Shown here piece by piece: positions 17,757-28,300 of a stretch of DNA of 38,351 bases. This DNA comes from a virus. Its lineage: Duplodnaviria > Caudoviricetes. The stretch spans positions 1 to 38,351 of the IMG/VR virus record IMGVR_UViG_3300017914_002545; one strand, 5' to 3'. Both the position numbers and the translations under genes were made by a program. Positions within the stretch are counted from its first letter, which is position 1; every line of letters starts with the position of its first letter. The notes beneath the pieces were generated by a model, which was given only the letters and a program-made list of their open reading frames with translations, was not told where the DNA came from and did no database searches.

Positions 17757-20700
17757 TATGTTGGCCTCGATATATCAGCAACGATTGCATCTTTTGTAGC
17801 ATCTGGTCTAAATGCTGCAACATATAAATTTGTTAGGTTTTTTGCCGCTTGAAAGTTTCTGTCGATTCTAAGAACTGTATTTGATTCTACTGATGTAACT
17901 ATGGCGGCGTCTCCCAAAGTTTCCCCTAGAGTAGATAAATTAGCTAAACTAATTACATCTCCTATAGTAACTTCTGATAGAAAAGAGGTACCAACGCCTT
18001 CTAGCTTTGTGGAGTTTGCTGCTAAAGTAGCTGAAGTCATAGTAAGTGCTGTCCAAGCATTTGCCATAGTATCGTTCGCATCTCTCCAAAAAGCAGCAGT
18101 ATTTCCATTGGCAGTAGTGTCCCACTCCCCTAAAAAGACTTTTGGAACGCTTTCATCAAATACAACATATAACTCTCTAGAGTCGTTATCTACCACTGTT
18201 GATAGGTCTACACTTCCGTTTGGCGATTCCAAGTTAATTGTTACAAAATCACCTGGATTTCTGTTGGAAGCAACGTCTACAGGGTACTTTTCGAACTTAA
18301 ATACCTCACTACCTAAGTCTCCCACAGTATTATCCGAAGATATTTTAAAGTACTCTATAGAAGATACATCCCCACTTCCGGTAATGGTTTCTTCCGAAGC
18401 ACCTTGAACATATTTAAAAGTTTTACCTGTAGCCTCTGTCTTAAACACCTCACCGGAATTATCTGTAGTTGTAGTAATAGTTTGATTGTTCCACTTATAT
18501 TCAAATGTAATGTGTCCATCTGTATAAAGAGTTTTTGCTACAAAAAAGTGAGGGGAAGTAGTTCGAGAATACTTTTGTGCAGAAGTTCCCGTAGCTTGTC
18601 TAATTATAACTCCACGTTCAGATGCAGTAATCCACTTAGGGATTCCGTGAGTATTTTCTGCATTTTCACTTCCAACGCTCGGGCTTTCTGCAGTATAGTC
18701 TACTGAGACCCAGTCTGATTTATTTCCCTTTAATGATAAAGTTCTTACAAAAAACTTGTATCTATTAGGAAGAACACCTTCAAAAGTTTTAAACGTATCA
18801 CTTTGAGTAAATGCAGTAATATCTCCCATACCATTAGTAGCTACCTCATAACCATTAACAAACGAATAATCTTCCGGAGGGCTCCAAGTTAGTAATAATT
18901 TACTGTCGGGGAAAGAGCTTGGACCTGCCGGAGCAATAACAAGATCAATCGGAGGAGGAACTTCGTCAGGTTCTTGTTCGGGAGCAGTTTCATTAGACGG
19001 TACTACTCCTAAGTCGTACTGCTCTTCTACTGAAACAAATTTTTCATTGAAATGCTCGGCTGCTGAAATTGTAAATACGTTTTTATCGTCTTTTATTACT
19101 GATAAAACTTTATACAATTTTGAGGTCCCTTGAGCTCCGATTTCTTTTATGCCCCATGTTGCTCCGGCTACAGGAGTTTCTGCAAATGTTGCTCCTCCTG
19201 ATAAACTAAATGTATTAGTAGTAGACCCGGGATTAGTTATTGCATAGCCTCTTGCGGTAATAAAAGGCTTCCACTCAACACTGAGAGGAATACCATTTGC
19301 ATCAAAAGCATTTGTTGCTACGGTTTCCGTATCCAAAGTTGTAAGAGTCAGAGTATCTAATATACCATTATTGTTTGCATCAGTATAGTTAAAAGCTTCA
19401 GGTAAAACATCCCCTCGAGAATAACTCACCCCATTTATAGTAATATTTGCAGCTCCTGTGTATATTGCTGCGGGAGCAGTACTAACAACATGAACTTCAT
19501 AGCTGCTGCCTGAATTAAATGGTATTTGTCTATCCGCCGTAATGCTTGAAGACGTTGCACTAGAGATTCTTCCACTGTGGCTGATGCCTTTTCTATCTGC
19601 ATCTTGCAAGTTTATAATATCACCGGGTCGAATATAGTTGCCTTCAAGAGAAGTTGAAAAGTGAACGACTTCGTTCTGGTTTTGGGCGGTCCATAGCTTC
19701 CATTTACCGTATCTAATTGCTTGGCTTTCAGATGTGCATCCATACGCCACTACCTCTGAAGTAATAACTTTATTTTGCTTTATAATATCTGAATTATCCT
19801 CTACTATTAATGGTGTAAGCTCATAGTTAATCGTAGGATCGTTCCAATTTACAATAATTTGATTTGGACGAGCTTTTATAGAAGTAGATTCATAACTAAA
19901 TCTACCTTCTATAACATTTGCTTTTGAAAAAGTAGCTACAGGCTCTTGAGGAACGTCTTGAACAACCGTAAGCTTTCCATCCATCCAATATAGCATAGAA
20001 GTAAAAGCGCTAACCATATCTTTTAATACTTTGTATACCGGAAGAGCTTTTGTTAAAAGAATATTCATTCGGAAACGGGGCTCCATTCTACTAACTAGCC
20101 CTGTTCCTGTAGGAATTTTTCTTATTCTAACTATAGAGTTAACAGCATAACTAACTCCTGAGGTTTTAGCTGCATCATTCCAGTCAGTGTTTCCTGTGCT
20201 TGTAATTTTATAATATTCCCCTCTTACAGCAGTAGTTGCTGGAATTTCTTCATTAGTATCAACTAATTCATCACAAAACTTTGATACTCTATACAGCGCA
20301 TATTTATCAATATCGGTATCTTTTATCCACTTGCCCGCCCCATAGCGATTATTAGTTACAATATCATAAAAGATCCAAGCAGGGTTATCTGTATACTCTA
20401 ACTCATCTTTAAAAGTCCCATCCCAAAAACTACCATAAACAGCTTTTCCTGTTGGGGAGGACTCTCGAGGAGTGTATGCAGTAGGTACTTGTACTAGTTT
20501 TCCTCTAATTTCATAGCTTCTTTTTGGGGGACTATTAAAATTTCGAGAAGAAAAAGTAGAATTAACTATTGCAGTATAAGGGTAAGAAAAAGTATCTTCA
20601 ATAAAAGACTGCAAAGTAGTAACTTGAGAAGCTAACTGAACAATCCACTTATCTTTATCCGTGTGTCTTCCATGTGTTCCATCAGAGTAGACAGGTAAAC

Positions 20701-22090
20701 CAATATGGCGAGTAACTCGAAATATTTTAATTCTAAAATTTGTAAAATTTTGGTCTCTATAGGGGGTTAAATCAACAATATGTTGAAAAGACAAAGAAGC
20801 TGATTTTTTGCCTTTATGTTTTAAAAGACCTCCAAAAACAGAGCCCGCAGGAGTCCAAGTACTAGAACCTCCTAGTTGAAGTTCCATCCTTACATCATAA
20901 AAAGCATACCCAGTATACTTGTCACCATTTTCTTGATTTGTAATCATTATACCTTGTGGGTATACAATACTAAAGCTAACCTTATCTGCTTCGTTAATTT
21001 TTGCAGCGGTATTTAGTCCAAAATCAGAAGTGTTTAGAATTGTAGGATCTAAATTAGTATCGCTATAGTCTGGAGTACCAGGATAATCATCATTATCTGC
21101 GGTATTTGGCATACCAGATTGATCATATAAGGTAACAGAGTTAGAAGTAGCACTACTAGGATTCAAAAACTTAAGATTCGGAAGGTTTATTCCGTTTGTA
21201 GAGCCTTGTATTACTGTTGAACCGCCAACTCCGCCTACATCTTTTATAGGTTCCTGATCCAGCCATCCTGTAGCTTCTTGAACATACAGATTATCCACTT
21301 TCGCCACGGGGGTGTCTGGATCAAATGTATTGGATCCAGTTGTGCCTTCTTGGAAGTTATATTGATGTTGGCCTCCTAATGTGAAGGCAAAGGTTCCATT
21401 AAATGAAGTAGCAACTGTAATCGTGCCTGCAGTGTGATTTATTCCAGTTACATATGCAGCGTAACCTATAATAAGTGTCGCTGAAGTCGGAACATTATCA
21501 GGATCAAGTATAGGCCCCATTTTTGGCCAAAAAAATTGAGCGGTTGTAGAGTTAGTATACTGAAAAAACCCTCGTATTTCTTTATCGCCTACCTGTAGAT
21601 GAGCTTGCCCGCCTCCCCAGTTAGAGTTCATAGCAGTAGTAAATCCAGAACCTGTAAGGGTAATTATTTGATAATTATTTGTATTAATTTGATAATTACT
21701 TAGAGTAACTGAAAAAGGATTATTAATATCTTTTAAAAACAGTCTGCGAGGTCCGCCAGCATAGTTACTAAGAGATGCGGGAATAAAAGTATTATTGTCA
21801 ACAGTTCCTACAGTACCATTACTAAAAGTTATAGTGCCTGCTTGTTCTCCTCCTGAAGTTACTGCTTCGGCTCTGTAAGGGGCGTACCCGTGATATTTTG
21901 CCTCTACTGCTGGATTATCATTTAAGTATAAAGAGGCTTGGCCCTTTAATAAACCATAAATAGGCCCTTCACATAGAGCATCTGTTGCCGAAATATTTTG
22001 ACCGACAGATCCTTCCATTCCTGCACCCATAGAATTTTTTGCATCGGGACTCGTAAAAAATAAAGAGCTCGCATTGTTGAGAATGCCCAT
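17756..22090 (-). CDS. Central tail fibre / tip attachment protein, lambda gpJ-like (1444 aa)
   Basis: DALCEGPIYGL, YPYTAIV, IRGKLVQVP..Y, WDGTFK...YTDNPAWIFYD...RYGAG, FCDELV, EPRF, AYGCTSESQAIRYGKW, RPGDII, plus an FNIII-like LLTWSPP domain. Confidence 0.93.
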   Translation of the reverse strand: MGILNNASSLFFTSPDAKNSMGAGMEGSVGQNISATDALCEGPIYGLLKGQASLYLNDNPAVEAKYHGYAPYRAEAVTSGGEQAGTITFSNGTVGTVDNNTFIPASLSNYAGGPRRLFLKDINNPFSVTLSNYQINTNNYQIITLTGSGFTTAMNSNWGGGQAHLQVGDKEIRGFFQYTNSTTAQFFWPKMGPILDPDNVPTSATLIIGYAAYVTGINHTAGTITVATSFNGTFAFTLGGQHQYNFQEGTTGSNTFDPDTPVAKVDNLYVQEATGWLDQEPIKDVGGVGGSTVIQGSTNGINLPNLKFLNPSSATSNSVTLYDQSGMPNTADNDDYPGTPDYSDTNLDPTILNTSDFGLNTAAKINEADKVSFSIVYPQGIMITNQENGDKYTGYAFYDVRMELQLGGSSTWTPAGSVFGGLLKHKGKKSASLSFQHIVDLTPYRDQNFTNFRIKIFRVTRHIGLPVYSDGTHGRHTDKDKWIVQLASQVTTLQSFIEDTFSYPYTAIVNSTFSSRNFNSPPKRSYEIRGKLVQVPTAYTPRESSPTGKAVYGSFWDGTFKDELEYTDNPAWIFYDIVTNNRYGAGKWIKDTDIDKYALYRVSKFCDELVDTNEEIPATTAVRGEYYKITSTGNTDWNDAAKTSGVSYAVNSIVRIRKIPTGTGLVSRMEPRFRMNILLTKALPVYKVLKDMVSAFTSMLYWMDGKLTVVQDVPQEPVATFSKANVIEGRFSYESTSIKARPNQIIVNWNDPTINYELTPLIVEDNSDIIKQNKVITSEVVAYGCTSESQAIRYGKWKLWTAQNQNEVVHFSTSLEGNYIRPGDIINLQDADRKGISHSGRISSATSSSITADRQIPFNSGSSYEVHVVSTAPAAIYTGAANITINGVSYSRGDVLPEAFNYTDANNNGILDTLTLTTLDTETVATNAFDANGIPLSVEWKPFITARGYAITNPGSTTNTFSLSGGATFAETPVAGATWGIKEIGAQGTSKLYKVLSVIKDDKNVFTISAAEHFNEKFVSVEEQYDLGVVPSNETAPEQEPDEVPPPIDLVIAPAGPSSFPDSKLLLTWSPPEDYSFVNGYEVATNGMGDITAFTQSDTFKTFEGVLPNRYKFFVRTLSLKGNKSDWVSVDYTAESPSVGSENAENTHGIPKWITASERGVIIRQATGTSAQKYSRTTSPHFFVAKTLYTDGHITFEYKWNNQTITTTTDNSGEVFKTEATGKTFKYVQGASEETITGSGDVSSIEYFKISSDNTVGDLGSEVFKFEKYPVDVASNRNPGDFVTINLESPNGSVDLSTVVDNDSRELYVVFDESVPKVFLGEWDTTANGNTAAFWRDANDTMANAWTALTMTSATLAANSTKLEGVGTSFLSEVTIGDVISLANLSTLGETLGDAAIVTSVESNTVLRIDRNFQAAKNLTNLYVAAFRPDATKDAIVADISRPT

Positions 22091-22774
22091 TTATCTACCC
22101 CTCCTTCTGCCACGGACTCGATTATTACTAAATCGTTGAGTGTTTGTAATCAAGCCTCCGGTATTAGATAATACACTATCTTCGTTTCTTATCTCAAAAC
22201 TTATTTGTCTACCCGGGATTCTTAAATGCCCATAACACACGGGAATAGGGTCTCCTTCATTAATATTTTGACTTGCCCCACTAAATAAATAACTTGTATC
22301 TTGATCGTCCGTTGCTGGGTCTTCGCTCAAAAGCTCTAGTAATCCTGCTGCGAACAAAAACTGACCTACAAGCTGTAAACCTGCTCCCACAGCGAATGCA
22401 GTTGCACCTGATAAACCAAAAAGTCCTACTCCTGCAATAAGTGCCCCGCCTGTTATAACTAAAGCTACCCCCGCAATGACTCCCAAAGCTCCTTTAACCA
22501 AACTGCTTAAGCCAGCTCCTGCAGGCACAGGGGTAATTACCATTGCTCCTTCAGGGTATTGTAAGAATAACTCATCTGGGTTTGTTATCGTGTGATCATT
22601 TACCTTCCAGTAAAAATAAATTCCTTTTTCGTAACAGTCTGCAAGATAGGTTTTAAAATCGTCAAAATTACCAGAAAGACAACGCAAAGCATCTTCAAAA
22701 GAGCTTGCCTCCATTCTTCTAACTTTGCCGAACTTTTCTCCTAGTTCGCCTTCTAAATACACGTCTCGCAACAT
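22091..22774 (-). CDS. Tail assembly protein, lambda gpI-like (ubiquitin-like N-terminal domain)
   Basis: VYLEGELGEKFG...ITPVPAGAG, Gly-rich hydrophobic segment, then SYLFSG...EGDPIPVCYG; lies between K-like and J-like genes. Confidence 0.88.
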   Translation of the reverse strand: MLRDVYLEGELGEKFGKVRRMEASSFEDALRCLSGNFDDFKTYLADCYEKGIYFYWKVNDHTITNPDELFLQYPEGAMVITPVPAGAGLSSLVKGALGVIAGVALVITGGALIAGVGLFGLSGATAFAVGAGLQLVGQFLFAAGLLELLSEDPATDDQDTSYLFSGASQNINEGDPIPVCYGHLRIPGRQISFEIRNEDSVLSNTGGLITNTQRFSNNRVRGRRRGR

Positions 22775-22775
22775 T

Positions 22776-23087
22776 TTAAAGTTCCTCTGGCTTTACTATA
22801 TTTAAAGCCATCTCTGGGTAGGTAAATATGTAGTAAGGTAAATTTAAAGTTTTACATAAAAGTAAATCTGCTTCTGAAGCCTCATTACTGCCGTTTATGT
22901 GGCTATGCACAATTGCTTTTATCTTATACTTGAAAAGCAAATTTAAATATTCATCTGGACAAAATCTAAAAGTATCTGGATCTTCTGAGATATTTTTGCA
23001 TGGAATAAATTTATCTTCCTCTGTAATTATTCCGCAGCCTTCTCTTGGGTACTCTTTCTCAAAATGAGTATATATTTCATCAATCAT
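22776..23087 (-). CDS. JAB/MPN+ metallopeptidase, gpK-like, lacking NlpC/P60 domain (103 aa)
   Basis: YPREGCG...HSHINGSNEASEAD gives the complete E..HxH-x7-S-x2-D JAMM motif; ORF ends right after the JAB domain. Confidence 0.88.
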   Translation of the reverse strand: MIDEIYTHFEKEYPREGCGIITEEDKFIPCKNISEDPDTFRFCPDEYLNLLFKYKIKAIVHSHINGSNEASEADLLLCKTLNLPYYIFTYPEMALNIVKPEEL

Positions 23088-24964
23088 TTAAACTTTTTCG
23101 ACCCCGGAAAGCCTCCAAAAGGTAGAGACTTTGAAGTTTCTAAATAAGTTGAATCTGGAATAGTACCAATTAAACTGCTTTCATTGCTCGACATAGTAGA
23201 TTGAATACCATGGAATCGTAATTTACACGATCTTATTCTTTTTCCGCAAACATCTATTCTTTTCCAATAGTAAGGATTATCTTTTGGCTCTTTATTTGCA
23301 GGAACAGCTCGTATGGCTTCATATATCTTCCATTGAGCATCCAGTAGCCTTCTTACTTTTGTACCCGAAGAGTACGAAGAAGAAGCGCTGTAAACCGCTG
23401 GAGCATTTGACCCTGTTATATTTGCAGTTATTAGCTTATCATCTTCATCAAAAAACATTCCAAATGAGTTTTTTGGAGCAGTACAGCCTCCTCTATTGTA
23501 TAAAGCTCCTTGGTACTCCCAAGAACAATACTTTCCAACAACTCTTCTATTTGGCAAAGTAACTCTATCTAAATCAGCGGGAGTTGCTAATTCAAACTGT
23601 ATTACGGAACTCATTTCATTGGAAACTCTATCTATAGTATAAGTATGAGAAGGGTACTCAATAGGAAGCATTGCCGTATCAGTAGATTCTTTCGTATACT
23701 TTAGTAGGGTAGATCTATAAACAAGAGTAGAATACAAAAAATCTTGTGCAGAGCCCAGTCCTTCATCTGTCAATACCTGCTCAATATTTGTTTCGTCGTT
23801 TGTTCCATCAGAATCGTTTGTTAGAGTTCTTCCAATGACCGGAATATTTGCCATATTCAAAGTAGGGCGGTTTGATCCGCCTCCCATCTTCGTTTCCAGC
23901 CCGTCTATCATAATTGGCATTGCTATGTACTCATTTAAAGCAGTACCTTCTTTATTTGCAAAATAAATATTCTTATTACCATTTAATCCATCATGAAAAT
24001 ATAAAGTAGACAAGTAGGGGGCAGGCAAAGTTAGCTCAAATAAGTGTACAAGGCTATCCCCCACTTCCTGAACTACTGATGCTTCAATTAGTTCTGCAGG
24101 AGAAGGGCCTACTACACCTGATATTGTTATAGTTGCTTGTTGATTACCATTTGAGTCGTACCCAATAATTGGGCCAAATCGAGAAGTACTACTAAAACTA
24201 GTTTGGCTTGCAAAACCTGTGCATCCTGCAAGAATTACAATTCTATAGGTTCCGGTTGCAGGTATAGGGCTTGAGCCAGGAGTTTGCCCGTCACTTGCTA
24301 CAAGAGTATATTCCCCTGTTGATATATTTAGAGTATATATTCTTCCATGAGCTATAGTACCCCCTGCATGGTTAAACTCAAAATAATCTCCTTGAGTAGC
24401 AGAAAAAGTATCGCTTGTTAGAACAGTATTTATTACTGTTTTGGACTGTGATGTAGCAAAAGTTGGAAATGTTGCACTGCACGTAATAACTAGTCGTCCA
24501 AGACTATCAATAGAAAAAGACTTCGAACTACTTGTCATATATGTGGTATAGCTGTTCGAGCCATATGGTAATTGATGCCCATCAATAGTATAAGAATTAC
24601 TATTTGCGTACACAGCATTAGCACTTGAATACTGCCAAGTCCAGTCACTTTGCGACAAAAAAGCACTTTGGCTTAAGCTAGGATTCGCAGTGTTACTGCT
24701 AATTTTACCAAAATCACCGTCTGGAACTGCAGGAGCAGAGTTACTTAAAGTAAAAGAGTAAGCCCCTTCATTTTCATTTGGAAATGTAGCAGTAAAAATA
24801 TTAGTAGTTGCACTAATTGAAGTAGGAGATACTGAGCAGTTTGTAGCATTTGAAGCGGTGAGAGGATACGCTGTAGGGGTAAAAGTTACCTCTAACGAGT
24901 CTCGATTTGTAAGATTGTTCTCTGTAGAATCAGTAACTCCTACAGTTATACGTTTTGTGCTCAT
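23084..24964 (-). CDS. Minor tail protein, lambda gpL-like, with ~290 aa N-terminal extension (626 aa)
   Basis: RPTLNMANI, IQFELATP.D, LPNRRV..YCSWEYQG...GC...DVCGKRIRSCKLRF...LPFGGFPGS: the four-Cys Fe-S motif and C-terminus of gpL. Confidence 0.9.
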   Translation of the reverse strand: MSTKRITVGVTDSTENNLTNRDSLEVTFTPTAYPLTASNATNCSVSPTSISATTNIFTATFPNENEGAYSFTLSNSAPAVPDGDFGKISSNTANPSLSQSAFLSQSDWTWQYSSANAVYANSNSYTIDGHQLPYGSNSYTTYMTSSSKSFSIDSLGRLVITCSATFPTFATSQSKTVINTVLTSDTFSATQGDYFEFNHAGGTIAHGRIYTLNISTGEYTLVASDGQTPGSSPIPATGTYRIVILAGCTGFASQTSFSSTSRFGPIIGYDSNGNQQATITISGVVGPSPAELIEASVVQEVGDSLVHLFELTLPAPYLSTLYFHDGLNGNKNIYFANKEGTALNEYIAMPIMIDGLETKMGGGSNRPTLNMANIPVIGRTLTNDSDGTNDETNIEQVLTDEGLGSAQDFLYSTLVYRSTLLKYTKESTDTAMLPIEYPSHTYTIDRVSNEMSSVIQFELATPADLDRVTLPNRRVVGKYCSWEYQGALYNRGGCTAPKNSFGMFFDEDDKLITANITGSNAPAVYSASSSYSSGTKVRRLLDAQWKIYEAIRAVPANKEPKDNPYYWKRIDVCGKRIRSCKLRFHGIQSTMSSNESSLIGTIPDSTYLETSKSLPFGGFPGSKKFK

Positions 24965-25359
24965 GGCTCATATACTCTTCTAAGTTCTGTACTAAGGGAA
25001 TGAAAGTTTTCAGAAATATATGTAATATTATAGGTTTCAACTACTACTTTTATATCTGTATTACCGCTATGGTCTGTTACTGTAAGTGTAAAGCTTTTTC
25101 CAATCATTGCATCAAAATAAGCTGCAATTTCATAAATTTTTGCCGCTTCTCTGTTTGCAAAGTTAATAGTAAATATTTGATTATTTGGATTTACTCCGTC
25201 TGCAACTCTTTGCTCATAGCCATCCCCAAAAGAAGCTACTAAGACACGAGGAGTTGCTGTACGAATCATACCTCGATCTGCAACAACTGTTACAGCCGAA
25301 GATGGATCCCCAGAAGCGATTCCACCTACTGGAATTACAAATTGAAACTGAGACGACAT
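24961..25359 (-). CDS. Distal tail protein, lambda gpM-like (132 aa)
   Basis: PRVLVASFGDGYEQRVADGVN motif; immediately after the tape measure gene. Confidence 0.9.
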   Translation of the reverse strand: MSSQFQFVIPVGGIASGDPSSAVTVVADRGMIRTATPRVLVASFGDGYEQRVADGVNPNNQIFTINFANREAAKIYEIAAYFDAMIGKSFTLTVTDHSGNTDIKVVVETYNITYISENFHSLSTELRRVYEP

Positions 25360-28300
25360 TATCGTGTTCCTCCATACGGGCTAAGCATACCGCCTGGGCG
25401 CTTTTGATGTTGAATCTCACGTTGTACTGCGGCTGCGATTGCCTTACCCATTCCTTTTGCATCATCTTCTGTAGTAGTTTCTGCACTTCCGTCATTATTT
25501 ATATTGACACTTACACTTACATTATTTGTTTGAGCACCTGCGCCTGACATCTCAACAGGTATTGATCGACCGTTTGGAAGAGGCACCACAGCTTCTGTGC
25601 CATGAAGCATAGCTAAATGTCCTGCATCCGAACCTCTTGCAATACCCCCGGCGGAATACCCTTTTAGTATACCCCCATATCTTCCACTTCCTGCTATAGA
25701 ATTAATCATATCGTCAATTCCTGCACTACTCAGAGCGCCAGCTTTTGCAGTGGGGCTCGCTGCAGCTGCAGGGGTGGGCCCAAATAGGCCCGAAAGCATA
25801 TTCATGCTTGCCATAATTGCTTGTTGTACTAATAATTTTGCTACGATTCTGGAAATATCTTGAATCATTGACTCTGCTAATGCCCTGAACGCATCTTTTC
25901 CGCTGGATGAGCCATCTATGATTGCTGCAAAAGCATTGGTAAAGTTTTCTTCCATAGACATTGCAGCGTCTTCTACAGCTTCTTGTAATTTATTAGTTAG
26001 CTGTATCTGCGCTTCGAGCATAAACTTCTTATGCTCTAACTGCTCTAGTTCGTCTTTAGTTGCAGCTTCTGACGCTTTTACTGCCATACCTTCTGTCTTT
26101 CTCATTTCAGTTCGCAAATTAGATGCGTTCGCACCCATTGTAGAGGTATAGCTTCCTGTTGCCTGAGCTTCTTGAAGAGATACATTTAATCTATGATTTA
26201 AAAGTTGATATTCTGATTGAATTGCTTGTTTAGCAACCTCACCACGTCTTTTAATAAGATCTTTTTCTGCGTCATATCTTTTATTGAAAGCATCTAATTC
26301 CATTCTAGCGCGACGCTGATCTTCATTAATATAGTAAAAAGGATTTTTAAGTCTTTCCTCTACCATTGCTTTATCAATGTTTCGCTCATCTCGTTTTTTT
26401 GCAAAATCAAGAATTTGCTTTTCAAGGTCCAAACGTTTTTTTGCTTCTTGCACTATTTTATTGGCAATATCTAATTCTTGCGACCTGGATTTATTGGCCT
26501 CTTTTGCGGTGGTTAAATCTCCGGCGGCCTCAGATTGAGCTGTATTAGCTTGAATATCGTTAATAACAGTTCTTAGTTTTATAGCAAGTAAATCTATAGC
26601 ATCTTGTAGAGCTTGTCCTTCAGCTGTTGCTGCAAATTCAGCAGTGCTAATCCTTTTTTCTGCAGCGCCCAGAGTCATGGCGGCTCGTTTTACATTAATT
26701 TGATCAATAAGATTTAAGCGCTCTGCTTCTAGTTGCGCTGCATCATTTGCAAACTTAATTTGTTCTTTCTGGGCGGCTGTTTCATCCCCCATAAGCCTAA
26801 TTCTATCTTCTTGAACTTGTAATATTCTTTTTTCCATATTATGTTCAAGCTCAACAATTTCTGTTAATGCAAACCTTTGTACTTTTAGTCGAGCAAGCTC
26901 ACTACTAACTTGACTGCTATCCCCGCCTTCCGCAACTATTTCATCTCTAGTAGCTGTTAATTGCTCTATTCTTGTAGTAAGCTCTGAAAGAATACTTTCT
27001 CCCGTGCTTATTTCAGTTAGTTGAGCAACAAAACTTCCCATTCTTTCACTAAGCTGTGCGGCAGCCTGTGCTGCAGCAAACAACTCAGAAGTAACTCCCT
27101 GAGCACTTGTAAATGCTTGTTGAAACTTTTGTATTTGATCGTCAGAAATAGGACCGCCTGTAGCTAGAATTTGATTAATAGTAGTCAATAAAGCATCTAC
27201 TCCAGGAAAAGAAATATTCGAAGTTTCTTTTGCTTTTTCAATAACGTCTTTCATCATTTCTAGGCGAGCTTTCATTGCCTTTCTTAGTTCATTTTCTTTA
27301 AGTGCAGCCGCTGTTGTAGCATCTAACACCCCGGCTTCTCTCGCCGCCTCAGCAGCAGAACTCGCGCCAGCTCCTCCTAGCCCTCCGCCAATACCAGCTA
27401 AAAGTGTGCCTCCTCCATATAAAAGCCCCTTACCTAATAGAGTTTGAGGACTGCCTCCTGGTAAAGCTTTTGCTGCAGTTTTTAAAACACTCGCTACAGT
27501 CAGTACGCCAGCAGCTATTCCACCAAACATCGATGCATTTTTAATAGTAGATTCTCGCGCTGTTTCTCCTACTTGTTGTTGCGCTATGCCTAACTCCTTT
27601 AGCTGCTTTGTCATTTCTGCCATATCTTCCGAAGTTGTTGCGCTAAAAAAGTTGGCCATATTCTCATAAAATTTTAAACTTCCACTGCCGGTAGTTTTTG
27701 ATTGAATTTCAGCAAACAAACTCATTTCTTTATTTACACTTTGAAGTTTTCTTCTTAAATCGTCCGCTGCTTCTGCTTCTTTAGCTAATTTTGCTTCTTC
27801 GTCTGTTGGAGGCTTCGCAGTGAACTCTTTGTACATTTGATACCCTGTAAAAGCTAATGCAGCGTAAGAGACAAGAGATAATGCGGTAGAAAAAGCTGTC
27901 GCAATTCCTGCTGCTGCACCTTTTGCAACCGCTGCAATACCTGCAAATCCCGCTTTAGCTCTTAACTGAAAAATTTGCATTTTAGTCAATGTTTTATCTA
28001 TTTCTACATTCATATTCATAAAGGCTTCGTCCATTTCACGAACCATATGAATTTTCATTCCTGTAAATGCACCTTTTGTTACAATTCCAAGCCTATTAAC
28101 ATTATTTTCAGCGGCAGCTACGGCTGATTTAAATCGAGCGGCATCTGCTCCCGATAAGTCCTTTCCTTCGGAGAACTTAGTTAAAAAGCCTGCGTTAGCT
28201 CCCATAGCCATACCAGCAGCGGATAAACCTCTTAAGTCATTTTTAAAATCTTTTGCTGACTTTTGAGCCAGTTTTGCATCCTCACGAACACCTTGATAAA

